The notes under the pieces are model-generated. The model had not been told where the DNA came from. It saw nothing but the letters and a program-made list of their open reading frames with translations, and ran no database searches. From Fistulifera solaris (taxonomy: Eukaryota): 64,000 nucleotides of DNA. Location: assembly GCA_030295235.1 (NCBI GenBank), contig AP026123.1, forward strand, positions 2,356,001-2,420,000. Direction: 5' to 3'. The position numbers were made by a program, and so were the translations under genes. Position 1 is the stretch's first letter. Each line of letters starts with the position of its first letter. Of the stretch, positions 1 through 10,801 are shown one piece after another.

Positions 1-1231
1 ACAGTACCGTGAAAAAGTGGGGATTGACGTGAAATCCGAGAAAGAGCATGCTGCCGAAATCGATCTGGCACTTCGCAAAGGAGCGTATGCTATGCAGCGC
101 GGCATGTATTCGGCTGCGGTAGCCGACCTGGAACAGGTTACCAAGTACTGCTCGAGTAATAGCAAAGTCGGCGGAAAAGTTTTCTTGGAGCTAGCCATGG
201 CTTACGAAGCATCGGGGAGGTTGGAAGAGGCGTCTTTCGTGTATAGAACACTTTCCAAGAGCCGCATTGAAGAAATTAAAATCAACGCCAGTCGCTTGTT
301 GTACGGTCTGGAGGCGATGCTGTTTATGCGAGACAATGTCGGAAGCAAAGCTTTCTCGAGAACAAAGGTTCGAAACACGTTCATTGATACGACGGGACTG
401 GCCAACATTGCTCAAAATTTTGACGATGTGTACAATACGGCATGGATTGATCTGGACAAAGGTTTTTACAAGCAGCTGACGGAATCGGTCGTGCGTTCCC
501 CCCGGGAAGCGCGCCAAGTGCTGATGCGTGCGGTAGCCGGAGGTGAGGTACCGCGCTTGCGGGTGGTTCAGGCACTGCGATCGATTGCACGGCGATTCGA
601 TGATGCTTTGGAGATCGAGATCAAAAAGGCAGAAAGCAAAGTAGTCGAAGAGGAATCGGTCGCCGTCATTGACGGTAAGCCCATTTTGAGTAGAAAGAAG
701 CAGGAAGAAGAAATGCTAGCCGGAATGATGCAGGACCTGGATGAATTCACACTGGCGGCACCCGATCAAATGAAAGAGAATCTTTCGGGAGAGTGGCGCT
801 TGCAACTGTTAGCGGACAAGAAGGGAGATGGTGTTAAGTTCTTCAACAACACCATGTCGACGCAAACAATCGACATGAAACGGTTATCCTTTACATCCGA
901 CGGTGGCAATAGCGGACTCATCAATGTGAAGCAATCGGGTCAGGTTCAGTTCAATGACGAACGACGGATTCTCAGCAAGACCGACGTACAAGTGTCTGGC
1001 GGTATGTTGGGTCTGTTCGGCGCCACCAGCAGCGGGGCCGCCGGCGCCGTCAGTTCTCCACAGCAAGTGTTAACCGTCGATTCCACACTACTGGTAACGC
1101 GAAGGGTGTTTTCGAAAAATCAAACTCCCGGCGAAGACGCCAAAGAGTTCTTTGCGGTGTGGCGACGGCTGCCGACGAGCGGCATGGTATCGAATGTGGA
1201 CGATCTATTTGCTAACGAGATGACATCATGA
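1..1231 (+). CDS. TPR-like helical protein with C-terminal beta-barrel (fibrillin/lipocalin-like) region, 5'-partial
   Basis: Frame is open from the window start. Helical TPR-like segment (GMYSAAVADLEQV...VFLELAMAYEASGRLEEASFVYRTL) resembles plant/algal chloroplast TPR proteins. LSGEWRLQL is a typical beta-barrel start motif. Confidence 0.55.
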   Translation, partial: QYREKVGIDVKSEKEHAAEIDLALRKGAYAMQRGMYSAAVADLEQVTKYCSSNSKVGGKVFLELAMAYEASGRLEEASFVYRTLSKSRIEEIKINASRLLYGLEAMLFMRDNVGSKAFSRTKVRNTFIDTTGLANIAQNFDDVYNTAWIDLDKGFYKQLTESVVRSPREARQVLMRAVAGGEVPRLRVVQALRSIARRFDDALEIEIKKAESKVVEEESVAVIDGKPILSRKKQEEEMLAGMMQDLDEFTLAAPDQMKENLSGEWRLQLLADKKGDGVKFFNNTMSTQTIDMKRLSFTSDGGNSGLINVKQSGQVQFNDERRILSKTDVQVSGGMLGLFGATSSGAAGAVSSPQQVLTVDSTLLVTRRVFSKNQTPGEDAKEFFAVWRRLPTSGMVSNVDDLFANEMTS

Positions 1232-1456
1232 ATACTATAACCTAAAGTAAATTAGACATTAACCAGGATTTTTCTTGTTCCGAGTTGTGAGAGATGAATG
1301 AGTATGAGTGAGTGAAGTGAATGAAATTGATGTGAGATCATGTGAATTGACGAATTGAGGAAGCGGAACAGGAGAGCTCTCTAAGTCCTGGTTCTCGAGC
1401 GGATTGCACAATGAAAGCTGAGTCTAGAATAAAAAGCAACTTGAAACTTCACAAAT

Positions 1457-1990
1457 CTAGCAAGCATTCACTTTCTCCCGCGCCATGATAATCATTTCGC
1501 GCTCTTCCGTCGAAAGACCCCAGACCGGCTGTCCTTCCAATTCAAGTCGATTCAAAGACTCCAATACACTCGGATCCGTCATGAGCTTTTTGATGGCCGA
1601 CTTGAGTTCGATGGACTTGCCATTGACGCCCGCATTTTCCCGCAATTGACTTTCCAGCGATTCGACGGCCGTCATGACGTGTTCGATCTTTTCCACATCT
1701 TGTGACAAGGCAATCATCCGTACGCGCGTTTCATCGTCACTGGCGTAGTCATCAACATTACTACGGGCCCCTCCAGAAGCGTAGAATCCACCCTGGCCTT
1801 CTGTGGGCTGTCCTCCCGAGTACTATGGGGAGAGTCGAGGGTGAGAACATGAAAGATAGATCGACCGGTGCGTGAGAATTGTACCTACCGTGATGGCAAA
1901 GGCGCGTTGTTGCAAAGCGGCGTGCGGCAGACGCGTTGACGAGCGAACAGCTGCAGGAAGAAGACGGGAAACAAGGAAGCGGGTTGTCAT
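1457..1990 (-). CDS. Hypothetical protein with mitochondrial-type presequence (2 exons, intron 1823..1888)
   Basis: ATG at 1990 gives MTTRFLVSRLLPAAVRSSTRLPHAALQQRAFAIT, which is Arg/Ser-rich with no acidic residues. A GTAGGT...CATAG intron joins it in frame to YSGGQPTEGQGGFYASGGAR... and the 1457..1717 ORF. Confidence 0.7.
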
Positions 1991-2515
1991 TTTCACTATT
2001 CTTTTTCTGAATCCAAGTTGCAAAACGTCGTAATGATCTTTTTTTGTGGTTTCAGAGCGTCAACGAGAAAGATACGGAGTACCTGGTAAATACTTGTACA
2101 AGTAAAAGTTCGCTGCAAATAATTCGATCTCGTATCATGTCGCACAGCGTCTAATAAGCGTAAAAGTCTTACATACGGTGTATTATCCCGAACACTAGTA
2201 AAGTCTAGAGAGTCAAGCCTTAGGACGAAACGCAAACGACAAAACGAAAAAAAAAAACATATCCGAAGACGAACCAAAGACACAAGCGAAGAACATAACC
2301 AGCATGTTCTTCTGTTGCAGCCAACGACGTCATGGCTGCGGGATCTCCCCCGCATCTGACCGACTTGAAGCGAGACACCGGCCGATCTTTGTGGGTCGTG
2401 ATGAACGTTCGCTGCGGAGCATTGCTCTTCTTGTCACAGTGCATTGCTAGTGTAAAGGAAATATCGCATTGTTGTGTCTCTTCTTTCATTGCTGAAAGAT
2501 CTCGTAAACAACGAC

Positions 2516-4154
2516 ATGAATCGTACGAACGAGGAAGTCGATCTCTTTCAACTCATTCCAGAGAATGACATTTGGCGTCCAGTTCAAACATTTGGTGAGG
2601 CACTGTACCCGCTGAAGCTTCCTCTCTACAAGTTACGACGCGAACCGAGTCGCCGGACGAAATCGACTGGAAGAAGTACGACGAATTCGGTATCTGGCGA
2701 GACAATAGAACAATTATTCGGTTCTCGGAATTGGATGACAGCTTTGAAGCATGTTGGGGGCGCTATCTTTTCTTTACCATCGAGGGAAAGGACTACTGGC
2801 GGATGTGCATGATCTACGGAGAAACGGATGCTGCTATTGCGGAGACGGCCACGTTCTTTTGGTCGTTAAAGGTGGAAGACGATCCGAACGCGTTGCTACG
2901 CATCCATGATTATATTGGACTTCAAAACGAATTCTACGATGAATGCGAGCACGCGTGCAAGTTCGATTTTGCTACCTTTCAACCGGAGCAGCTCGCCCAG
3001 ATCTTGGATGCAAATCCGACACGCGCTTTTGAGCTTCGAACGGGAAGTGGACTGCTGAGCAGTCCGCCGTTCTCGCATCAAGGCCGTACCCCCTCAATTT
3101 GACGCTGGGAAAATGGCTTTCTTTCGAGGATGGCGGTAATCAGTTTGTCGAGGTACTGAAGGAACGAGAAACTTCCTTTGGCTCCCTCGGCGTTGACTAT
3201 TCTGGTGATGGTCCCCTTTGTGGCCCCAATCTGGAGAGCCTTGTGAAACTCGATGTTATTGAAGCGCTTCGAACTAGCAACTTGCACGAAGAGCGTTTTC
3301 ATTTGCCGTTTTCTGCCAACGTGAAGGCATTGCACTGCACGGTTGAAGTAGCTGAAGTAATGCCCAATGAATTTGAAGCATTAGAAATCGTGGCAAGCGA
3401 TCTCCGTTTGCAACTGATGCTGGAAGAATCCGACAGCTGCAACGAGCTTGTTATTGCCTTCTTTCATCGAGTGGCCGAGCTCGGCCATCTGGAAAGATTG
3501 ACTTTATCCATTGGCGAACTACCTTGTTTCATTGGAGAATATTTTTCTGGCAATATAAAACCTGTGGTGAAAGCGTTGCTCCGTGTGATTCATGCCAACC
3601 CCAAGCTGTCGTACTTGGATATAAGCGATTGCGTAGACGCGAAGTGGGCCACCCACTTCATGCCCATCTTCAAATCCATGAAGAATCACGAAGGGCTGCG
3701 AACACTTGTTGTGGGAAGCCTCGGATCGACGAAGAACTTCACTGGTTTGAAAAAGCTGCTCTCGCACAATCGCAAACTTGAAGTGATCGATCCTTCCGGA
3801 AGGCGATTGTCGAACGGACCCGCTATCGACAACCTCTATGCGCTCAATCGTGTGTACAATGGATCGACAAGTCTTTTGAAAGGGCCTTCCTTCGTGCGAT
3901 CCTTGCTTGTGTCATCGGCGCTGGTCAACACTACGTCCGACAATTTTCAGCAAACTGCTTTGTTGCTTGCAAACCACACGGACGTGTTGTGGGAGTGGAT
4001 TTCTGATGTACATGTCGGTGTAGCCGGACTCGAAATGATGGAGAACGAGGCATCGTTCGACGCTCTTCAACAGCAAAGTCATAATGCTTCGAAACGCAAA
4101 TTGACGGTTGAGACTTCACCTGTTGCAAAGAAAGCTGCTCGGGCTGAGACGTAG
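2516..4154 (+). CDS. Lineage-expanded hypothetical protein with RNI/LRR-like C-terminal half (two apparent frameshifts near 2650 and 3050)
   Basis: Three consecutive ORFs join into one protein with motifs LYKLRREP, IYGETDAAIAETATFFWSL, RPYPLNLTL, FEDGG, LYALNR and ALLLANHTDVL. I recall these motifs from a large Fistulifera solaris hypothetical family. LxxLxL repeats are present. Confidence 0.65.
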
Positions 4155-4408
4155 GTCAGCCGACTTTTCCTATTCTCATCTATACAGTACCTGGTATAGC
4201 TTACATATTTGAAAAATCATCTTCTTTGTTTGCGCAGAAGTCTATGCTCAGTTGAATAGAATAGCGTATGGCACAATGGATCCTTTAGCCACAATATAGT
4301 GTTTTACTTCTACGACTCGATTCGCTAAAGAAAAGAAAACCAGAGACCAGAAACAGGTGCTATCTATCTAAGGAGTAAATCAATCTAAGATACTGCAATT
4401 TTCTACTC

Positions 4409-5179
4409 CTATTCTTCCAGCATGGCCATCAGCGAATGATACTGTCGTTCGCTCGGTTCTCGACGGTACCCTAAATCAAACCGGTTGGGTGGAAACAGCA
4501 GATATTGCTCGGCATCTTCCATCAACACCGAGTCATCGTCACCTTGCGACCTTGCTTGCGACAACCAGGGCTCTCGGCTTTCCGTTGCGCAATCCGCTTC
4601 CGCGTACCGCAGACGAGGTGGCGTTCGGTGGTGAGGACTCTCTTCCATGGCAGCACATGGTGGATGCGGCTCTTCAAGTAACGGAACGATCAGTTGGGAC
4701 AATATTTCGTGCAATCGCATCAACGGCGACCACCCCCGCACGAGGACGGCACCCCGTTGTTGCGCCACGGCGATTTGCGGATCTTCAGGTCCCGTGGGTA
4801 TGACAATATCGAGATGAGGATGACGACATTCCATGCGCGACAGAATCGGCGGATGATGCGGATACAGTCGCGGAATTTGCAACCAAACGGTCCATTGCGG
4901 ACTGTGCACGACCAAATGCAAGGGATCTTCGATGCATTGTTTGACCGTATATCCCTCCGTGACGACTTTCCACGTATTCCCACAACTTCCGATGGGAATC
5001 CAGCCCGCACAACAGACGGCGTGTTTGAAATCGCGCTGTAACCGTAATTCTCCTGGTGACGCGGACGTGACTTTCATGCGTTTCAGGGAACGTTGCAAGC
5101 TCAACTCGTCGTTTGTTGTAATTAAAGCGTCGCGTTTTCCATTGGAAATTTTGGGAGTCGGAGGGGCTTCTAGCGACAT
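4409..5179 (-). CDS. UBC-fold (E2-like, Ubc12-related) protein, apparently non-catalytic
   Basis: SPGELRLQRDF, IPRLYPHHPP, HPHLD and GWSPLMRLHEILSQL match the E2 helix 1, YPxxPP, HPN and W-x-P motifs. There is no Cys at the catalytic position. Confidence 0.55.
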   Translation of the reverse strand: MSLEAPPTPKISNGKRDALITTNDELSLQRSLKRMKVTSASPGELRLQRDFKHAVCCAGWIPIGSCGNTWKVVTEGYTVKQCIEDPLHLVVHSPQWTVWLQIPRLYPHHPPILSRMECRHPHLDIVIPTGPEDPQIAVAQQRGAVLVRGWSPLMRLHEILSQLIVPLLEEPHPPCAAMEESPHHRTPPRLRYAEADCATESREPWLSQARSQGDDDSVLMEDAEQYLLFPPNRFDLGYRREPSERQYHSLMAMLEE

Positions 5180-5690
5180 GATGATGATGATGAGATAGGA
5201 AGTGTAGGTTATTTGACGCCGGGATCGAGTTACGTGTTGAGTGTTTGTGTTCGCAAGAGAGACGTGACAAATACAATGGCACTATCGTTTGTGCAACGGA
5301 TCGACAATACAGCTATCTAATAAGATTGACTTTCTCCTGATATTACGCTCGTAGCAATTCAGAGGAACAAAAAGGAGCGGGTAATCAATGACTTTGGTGA
5401 TGGCTAACGGTTTGTGTTACGTTCATTTTCATGTGTTTTGCTTTATTCCTTTTTGTTGCGACTTCTTGCGACCGCACTTTTTCTTGCACCGCCGCGTCTC
5501 GCAGATTCCCGCCAAGCGGTACCCAAACTATTGATGTTCGTGTAGACGTCCATACTTCAACAGCACTACGGAGCGCCGGCCGGCCTTCCATCTCGGGACT
5601 GAAAGCCATTGCCCAGACTGGATGTGCGAACCTATTTTGTCCGCGTTTCATTTTTTCGACGACACACGCGCACAAGAAAAGAGGTCAACC

Positions 5691-6362
5691 ATGATGACGA
5701 TACGATGGAAGACAATCGCCATCATTCTGGCGTGTTTCTTTCTACCTACAGTACACCCACAAGATACTATTGAAAGCTTCCTTCAGGTTCGTTTCTTACT
5801 TCTTACAGCATGTCGCCTCACAACTACTACAAAATAATGAAACTCACACATTCTCATCGTGTAGGCCTGCACGGACGATGCCGTCGACACGGTACGCGCC
5901 GCCTTACAACAACATCCCGACTGGTTGCACATTCGTTCGTCCCATGGCGAAACCTGTTTGCACGTGGCTGGCATTTACGGTGCCTCAACCGTCACCCGCA
6001 CCGTTTTGCTGAAAGGTGCCGATCCCAATGTGCGATCCACCTACGAACACGGTTTGCGGATGCATCCGCTCAGTTGGAATGTGTACGGTGGACACGTGAC
6101 CAATGTCCGGCTCTTGTTGGAACACGGAGCCGATCCGAATCTCGATGTGGATCCGATGGAGACTGGTGCTGCCCCCGAAACGGTGTTGGATATTGTGCAG
6201 CGAATAATAGGAGCTTTTGACGAAAACTATAACGACAACGATCAACGCAATGAAGATTCCCGGTATACGGCTTTTCGAGAGATTGAGGAACTGTTGTTGA
6301 AGTACGGTGCAAAGAACTATGCTGCCTTGACTTCTGTTGAAGAATTGCGTTCCGAGTTGTAA
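5691..6362 (+). CDS. Secretory-pathway ankyrin-repeat protein (intron 5787..5864)
   Basis: Signal peptide MMTIRWKTIAIILACFFLPTVHP. A GTTCGT...GTAG intron restores the frame. Ankyrin motifs GETCLHVA, LLKGADPN and LLEHGADPN. C-terminus ends RSEL. Confidence 0.8.
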
Positions 6363-6663
6363 GAAATATCGTAGGAGGCCTCACAAAACAGTGAATGATG
6401 AAGCCTTCCATCAACCTACTGAAAACAAAAACGAAAGCTAAGCGAACTGAATGTTTGTCTATGAATCATCGTTTTTCTATACAAAGGTAATCCTGTTACG
6501 TACAACTGAAGACGCGAAACACTCGAGTTTTATGACACGCACTGCCATTAAAGAGGTCGTTTCGAGTGAGAAAGCCGTTCAAGCACTTGCAAGTAAAGAC
6601 GTATTTGAACGTCTTTTATTTGCAAGCAGCATCTGCGGTAATATAGTAGGACCGCAGCGTGTA

Positions 6664-7497
6664 TCATACCAGCACACTGCGATGCACCATCAATTCTTCC
6701 CATTCTCGCACCAGTGGTGTGTGTCGCTCTTGTTTCACATCCTCCTCCGCACGACGGATCGGAGTGGTTGTAGTTTGTAACGATGGACTGCGTGTAATAC
6801 CATTTCGAGCATCTTTCAGTAATTGCAGCATAACCGCATACTGCGGATTGCTTCTTTGCAGAACTTGTTGCGGTAAACTCCCTTGTAAGGTCACCGCCGA
6901 CGCGGCCGCCGGATTCGCCTCGAGCAACCACCGAAGCACTTCGAGACGATGACAGCTGGCGGCGACATGCAAGGGCGTCCATCCCCGTTGATCGACGGCG
7001 TGCGTCGATATTGGACACGCCTCCAATAATAAGCGGACCGTCGCCGCATCCGCTTGATTCGAAAGGGCATAATGCAATGGTATTCGTTGTAAATTGTCTT
7101 TCTGCAAACACATGTCGTGGGCCGGATCGGACTCATTGACTCCACTGATCGTCAGAGAGGCTCCGCGCAACAAGGCCGCAATGACGGCCGGACGGGCGCC
7201 CGTCCGACACGCACAATGCAACGGTATTCGCTGATACGAAGACTCCGGTTTGTACAAGGCCGCCGGAAACGCCTGAATCAAAGCTTCGATTAATGCAACA
7301 GGAACCTGGGGACACGCACACGCTTGATGCAAGGGAAAGACGGTGGCATCTTTGAGGCCTTCAAAGAATCCCTGCAACACAAAACTGTGACCGGCTAATT
7401 TGGGTTTCTCTTGCACTAATTTGAGTGCGACTGTCCATTGTTGATCCATTAATGCCAAACTGAGTTTGTTTTTGGTGGGTTTGCTTGTCATCAACAT
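6664..7497 (-). CDS. Ankyrin-repeat protein
   Basis: Repeated FPLHQAC, IPLHCAC, IPLHYAL and GWTPLHVAA motifs. Start taken at the first plausible ATG (7497). Confidence 0.85.
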   Translation of the reverse strand: MLMTSKPTKNKLSLALMDQQWTVALKLVQEKPKLAGHSFVLQGFFEGLKDATVFPLHQACACPQVPVALIEALIQAFPAALYKPESSYQRIPLHCACRTGARPAVIAALLRGASLTISGVNESDPAHDMCLQKDNLQRIPLHYALSNQADAATVRLLLEACPISTHAVDQRGWTPLHVAASCHRLEVLRWLLEANPAAASAVTLQGSLPQQVLQRSNPQYAVMLQLLKDARNGITRSPSLQTTTTPIRRAEEDVKQERHTPLVREWEELMVHRSVLV

Positions 7498-8098
7498 GAT
7501 TTGTATGAGTGAAGAGGAAAAGTCGACGACTCCTCGTTCGAGAGACTGTAATGCGCAAAGTTTGATGGCGTTCCTCCAACAAAGAGCTCGCGTTTCGTCA
7601 ATCTGACGGAAGCCACGACTTGTTTGGTGCACGGCAAAATGATAAGGAAGAGAGGAAAGAAAGGGATAATATAATGACAACAACAATACTGGTACTGTAG
7701 GAAGCGCGGCCCTTTTTCGCGTTGTCGTTTTTTTGCGTCGCCCGAGTGACTTTTTTGTGACTTCGGGGCTTCGTTGCTATAGTACATTATGTAGTAAATG
7801 TGTCACATCGTGTTCTGCAATTGTAGTCTATAGCGATACAATTCAAAACCAAATCGCTAACTATAGAATGACTTATGCTAAATGGAGTTTGCAGAACGAG
7901 TCGTAAAGGCTTTGCAACCTGTACTTTATAGAGTATACTAAAGTTTAGCAAAACGGTCATCGTCCGAACCCAACAACAACCAAAGCACCATGGTGATGTT
8001 GATTGCAGATCATTATTTTAGAAGCAATTCAAATAGTCCTTCCTCTCCCGCAAGCAAGGATCTAATGTATTAAAGTGTCATTCCCATGATATAGCAAA

Positions 8099-10787
8099 AT
8101 GTGGGGAAATTTGAAGAATTTAGGTTCCAAAATGGAACAAATTAGAGTGCCATTGCGCCGGTCTTGGCGGCCGACGACGGGGAATACAGTGATGAGTACG
8201 AGGACGAGGATGAATTCTACGACGAAGAAGACGAAGAGCCGGAGCAACCCGGCAGTTCTGCACCGTTTGGATTTGTCGGAATGATTACGAAAGCATTGGA
8301 TAGAGAACAGAAAGATTACAATGATTCACACCCCCGACTCAATTTTGACGAGGAAGAAGAAGAAGAGGTCATTGATCTTATTCCTTTGAAAGAAAATGAT
8401 TTTCAGCAACAACAACAAAAGAATGTAACAAAGCAGGACTGGAGTGAGTCATCGTTCGATCCGACACCGCATATTCCTGCAAAGGATCTACAAGTGAATG
8501 AACAGTATCCCATTTCTCCGAGTTCGAAGCTTCGACATGCATCCCAATTAATGATCGCGACAGATGAACCGAAGGACAATTTAGTGATTGACAACAATCG
8601 GAGTCAGCAGGATGTGGATCTTGCGAAAACAAAGGATGCTTCCCCGACAAACTTTCACAAACCGTCCCTGCCAGCTCCTCCACCTTCCGATCTCCAAAGT
8701 CCCATTACCGAGCAACGATCCCCCGCTACCTCCAAAGTGATGATGCCGACCGAAGAACCACCACGACGTCCGAGTTTAATTCGAGAAAAAGGATCCGTTT
8801 CACCCAATACTCCCAAAGTAACCAAACCGGTGGCGCGTCCTCCCAGTCAAAGCAATAGTACCGAAGAAATTGTTGAATTGGAAAGTCCCAAGCATGCCAA
8901 TCAGCGACCGCCGTTTCTGTATGCTCCTCCACTATCCTCCAGTTCCGAGGACGGTGGTGAAGATGATGACGACGAGGAAGAAGAAGAAACAAAAGATGAC
9001 GCTTCCTGTGCAAGACTCACCAAAGAAGCCATTGAAGCGCAGCAACAGCAAGAGGAATTACCTCCATCCAATTTACTTGTAACTTCACCTAGTGAATCAT
9101 CCTCGTCTCCGGAACAGAAACAACGTCATGCCTTTAAGCTTCCGCCACCTCGACCGTCGCCTACAACGTCGCCCAATCCGACGTCGACTGCGCCGGAACA
9201 TGGACCAGCGCCGCAAGTGCCTCTGATTCACGATACGAAGGACATGGAAGAGCTTCGTCGTCACTGTCAAAAATTAGAGCATCAATTGAAACAATCGGAA
9301 AGTCAAGTACAAGCGCTGCGGAAACAAATCACGGAATCGTCCACGTCAAATCACGATGAGGCACTTTACATTCAATTCCAAGAAAAAGAAGCACGTTTAT
9401 TAGAGGCAGCCGCAGAGGAACATCAACAACAACTGAATCTATTACGAGGCGAGCTGGAAGGGAAACTCGGTGCGATTCAGAAACAGCTGAAAAGTGAGCA
9501 GGCGGAACGGCAACAAGAAAAGCAAAAACTCGATCGACAATTGGAGGATGCCCGTCGACGCGCCGAGACGGTGGAACGAGAATCGAAGCGCACCCAAGCT
9601 CGGCAAGAAATTGAATTGAGCAACAAAGGCCGGGCCTTGGAGCATTCTTTGCGCATATCCGAAGATAAGTTGGCTCGATCTATGGCACTGTTGGACGAGA
9701 GAGAAGAAGAAATGGCTGCTCTCAAGAAGACTCTTAAAACATTACAATCGACAATGACAGAGCACAGAGAAGGGGCGGAAGAAGTGGAAGAAGAGATGGA
9801 TGAATTACATGCCGAAAATGAATCACTGCGACAGCACGTTGAGGTGGTGGAAGCGCAGTGTACTCAACTGAAAATAAAGGTGGAAGAACTACAGGCAGAC
9901 ACCGAAAAGCTGACTGCATTGAAGGTAAGAATGCTCTATGGCTACTTTGTTACCCATATTTTCTGCACTCATCTTGAGTTCTCTTCGCACAGCTCGAACT
10001 CCGAATGTTGCGAGAAGATAGAGACCGTGATCTTGCCAAGATACAGTCGGTTACAGAGACAACATCTGCAACATCAGCCCAACTAGAATCGGAGAGAGCT
10101 GCGTTGACAGCTGAGGTTCATGATTTAAAGCGACAACTTACAGCCGCACGTGCAGACATTGATTTGGCGAGAGCAGATACGGAACGTGTCATGACAGCGA
10201 ATGCGAATTTACAACATGCGCTAGAAGCCTTTCAGAGTGAAAGAGATGCTGAGCTTGCTCTTTTAGAAGACCAGCGGCGAGATATGGAAGAGGCCATGGC
10301 GGCGGCACATGCAGCTGCACTTGAAGCGACTCACGAAGCTCACGAAGCAGACATTCGTCGAATAAGACTCGGAGCCAACGAAGAGGTTGCCAAAGTGAGA
10401 ATGGAAGTAAAGAAGATGGAAGAAAAGAACGATATATTGAAAGCTGACAATGTGCAGATGCGACGATCGTTAGATGAAGCTATACAGCGCTTGCAGTCTA
10501 CTCAAGAGGATATTATCGACAGAACAATCATGAAAAACATTCTTCTCGACTGGTTATCGAAGCCAGCAGCTAAAGAGCGTCGTCAGGTGCTAGAAGTCAT
10601 GGCAAATCTTCTTCACTTCACGACAGAAGAGAAGGAGAAAGTCCATCTGGTCGACGAGGGAGCCTTCGGCAAAATAGTACACTCTGTTGCTCAATTGCCT
10701 CCACCAAAAGCAGATGTGGAGCAGTTAAAGGGAGAAAACGTTAGAGAGAAATGGGTCAATTTTCTTCTTTCTGAGATTGAAGATTAA
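8099..10787 (+). CDS. Golgin with GRAB domain (GMAP-210/Rud3/GC3-GC4-like), intron 9925..9992, frameshift near 8145
   Basis: N-terminal MWGNLKNLG amphipathic motif, then an acidic/Pro-rich linker and a long coiled coil. C-terminal IDRTIMKNILLDWL...QVLEVMANLLHFTTEEKEKV (GRAB) and WVNFLLSE (GA1-like). The GTAAGA...CACAG intron is in frame. Confidence 0.8.
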
Positions 10788-10801
10788 ATTATCTTAGACA
10801 A

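Noticed and set aside
1285..1360. TGAG/TGAA-rich run resembling a telomeric or satellite repeat
   Set aside because: There is no fixed unit; it is low-complexity 3'-UTR sequence between convergent genes.
6395..6422. Box C (ATGATGA) ... box D (CTGA) snoRNA-like pair
   Set aside because: Only about 17 nt separate the boxes and there is no terminal stem; it sits in a 3' UTR.
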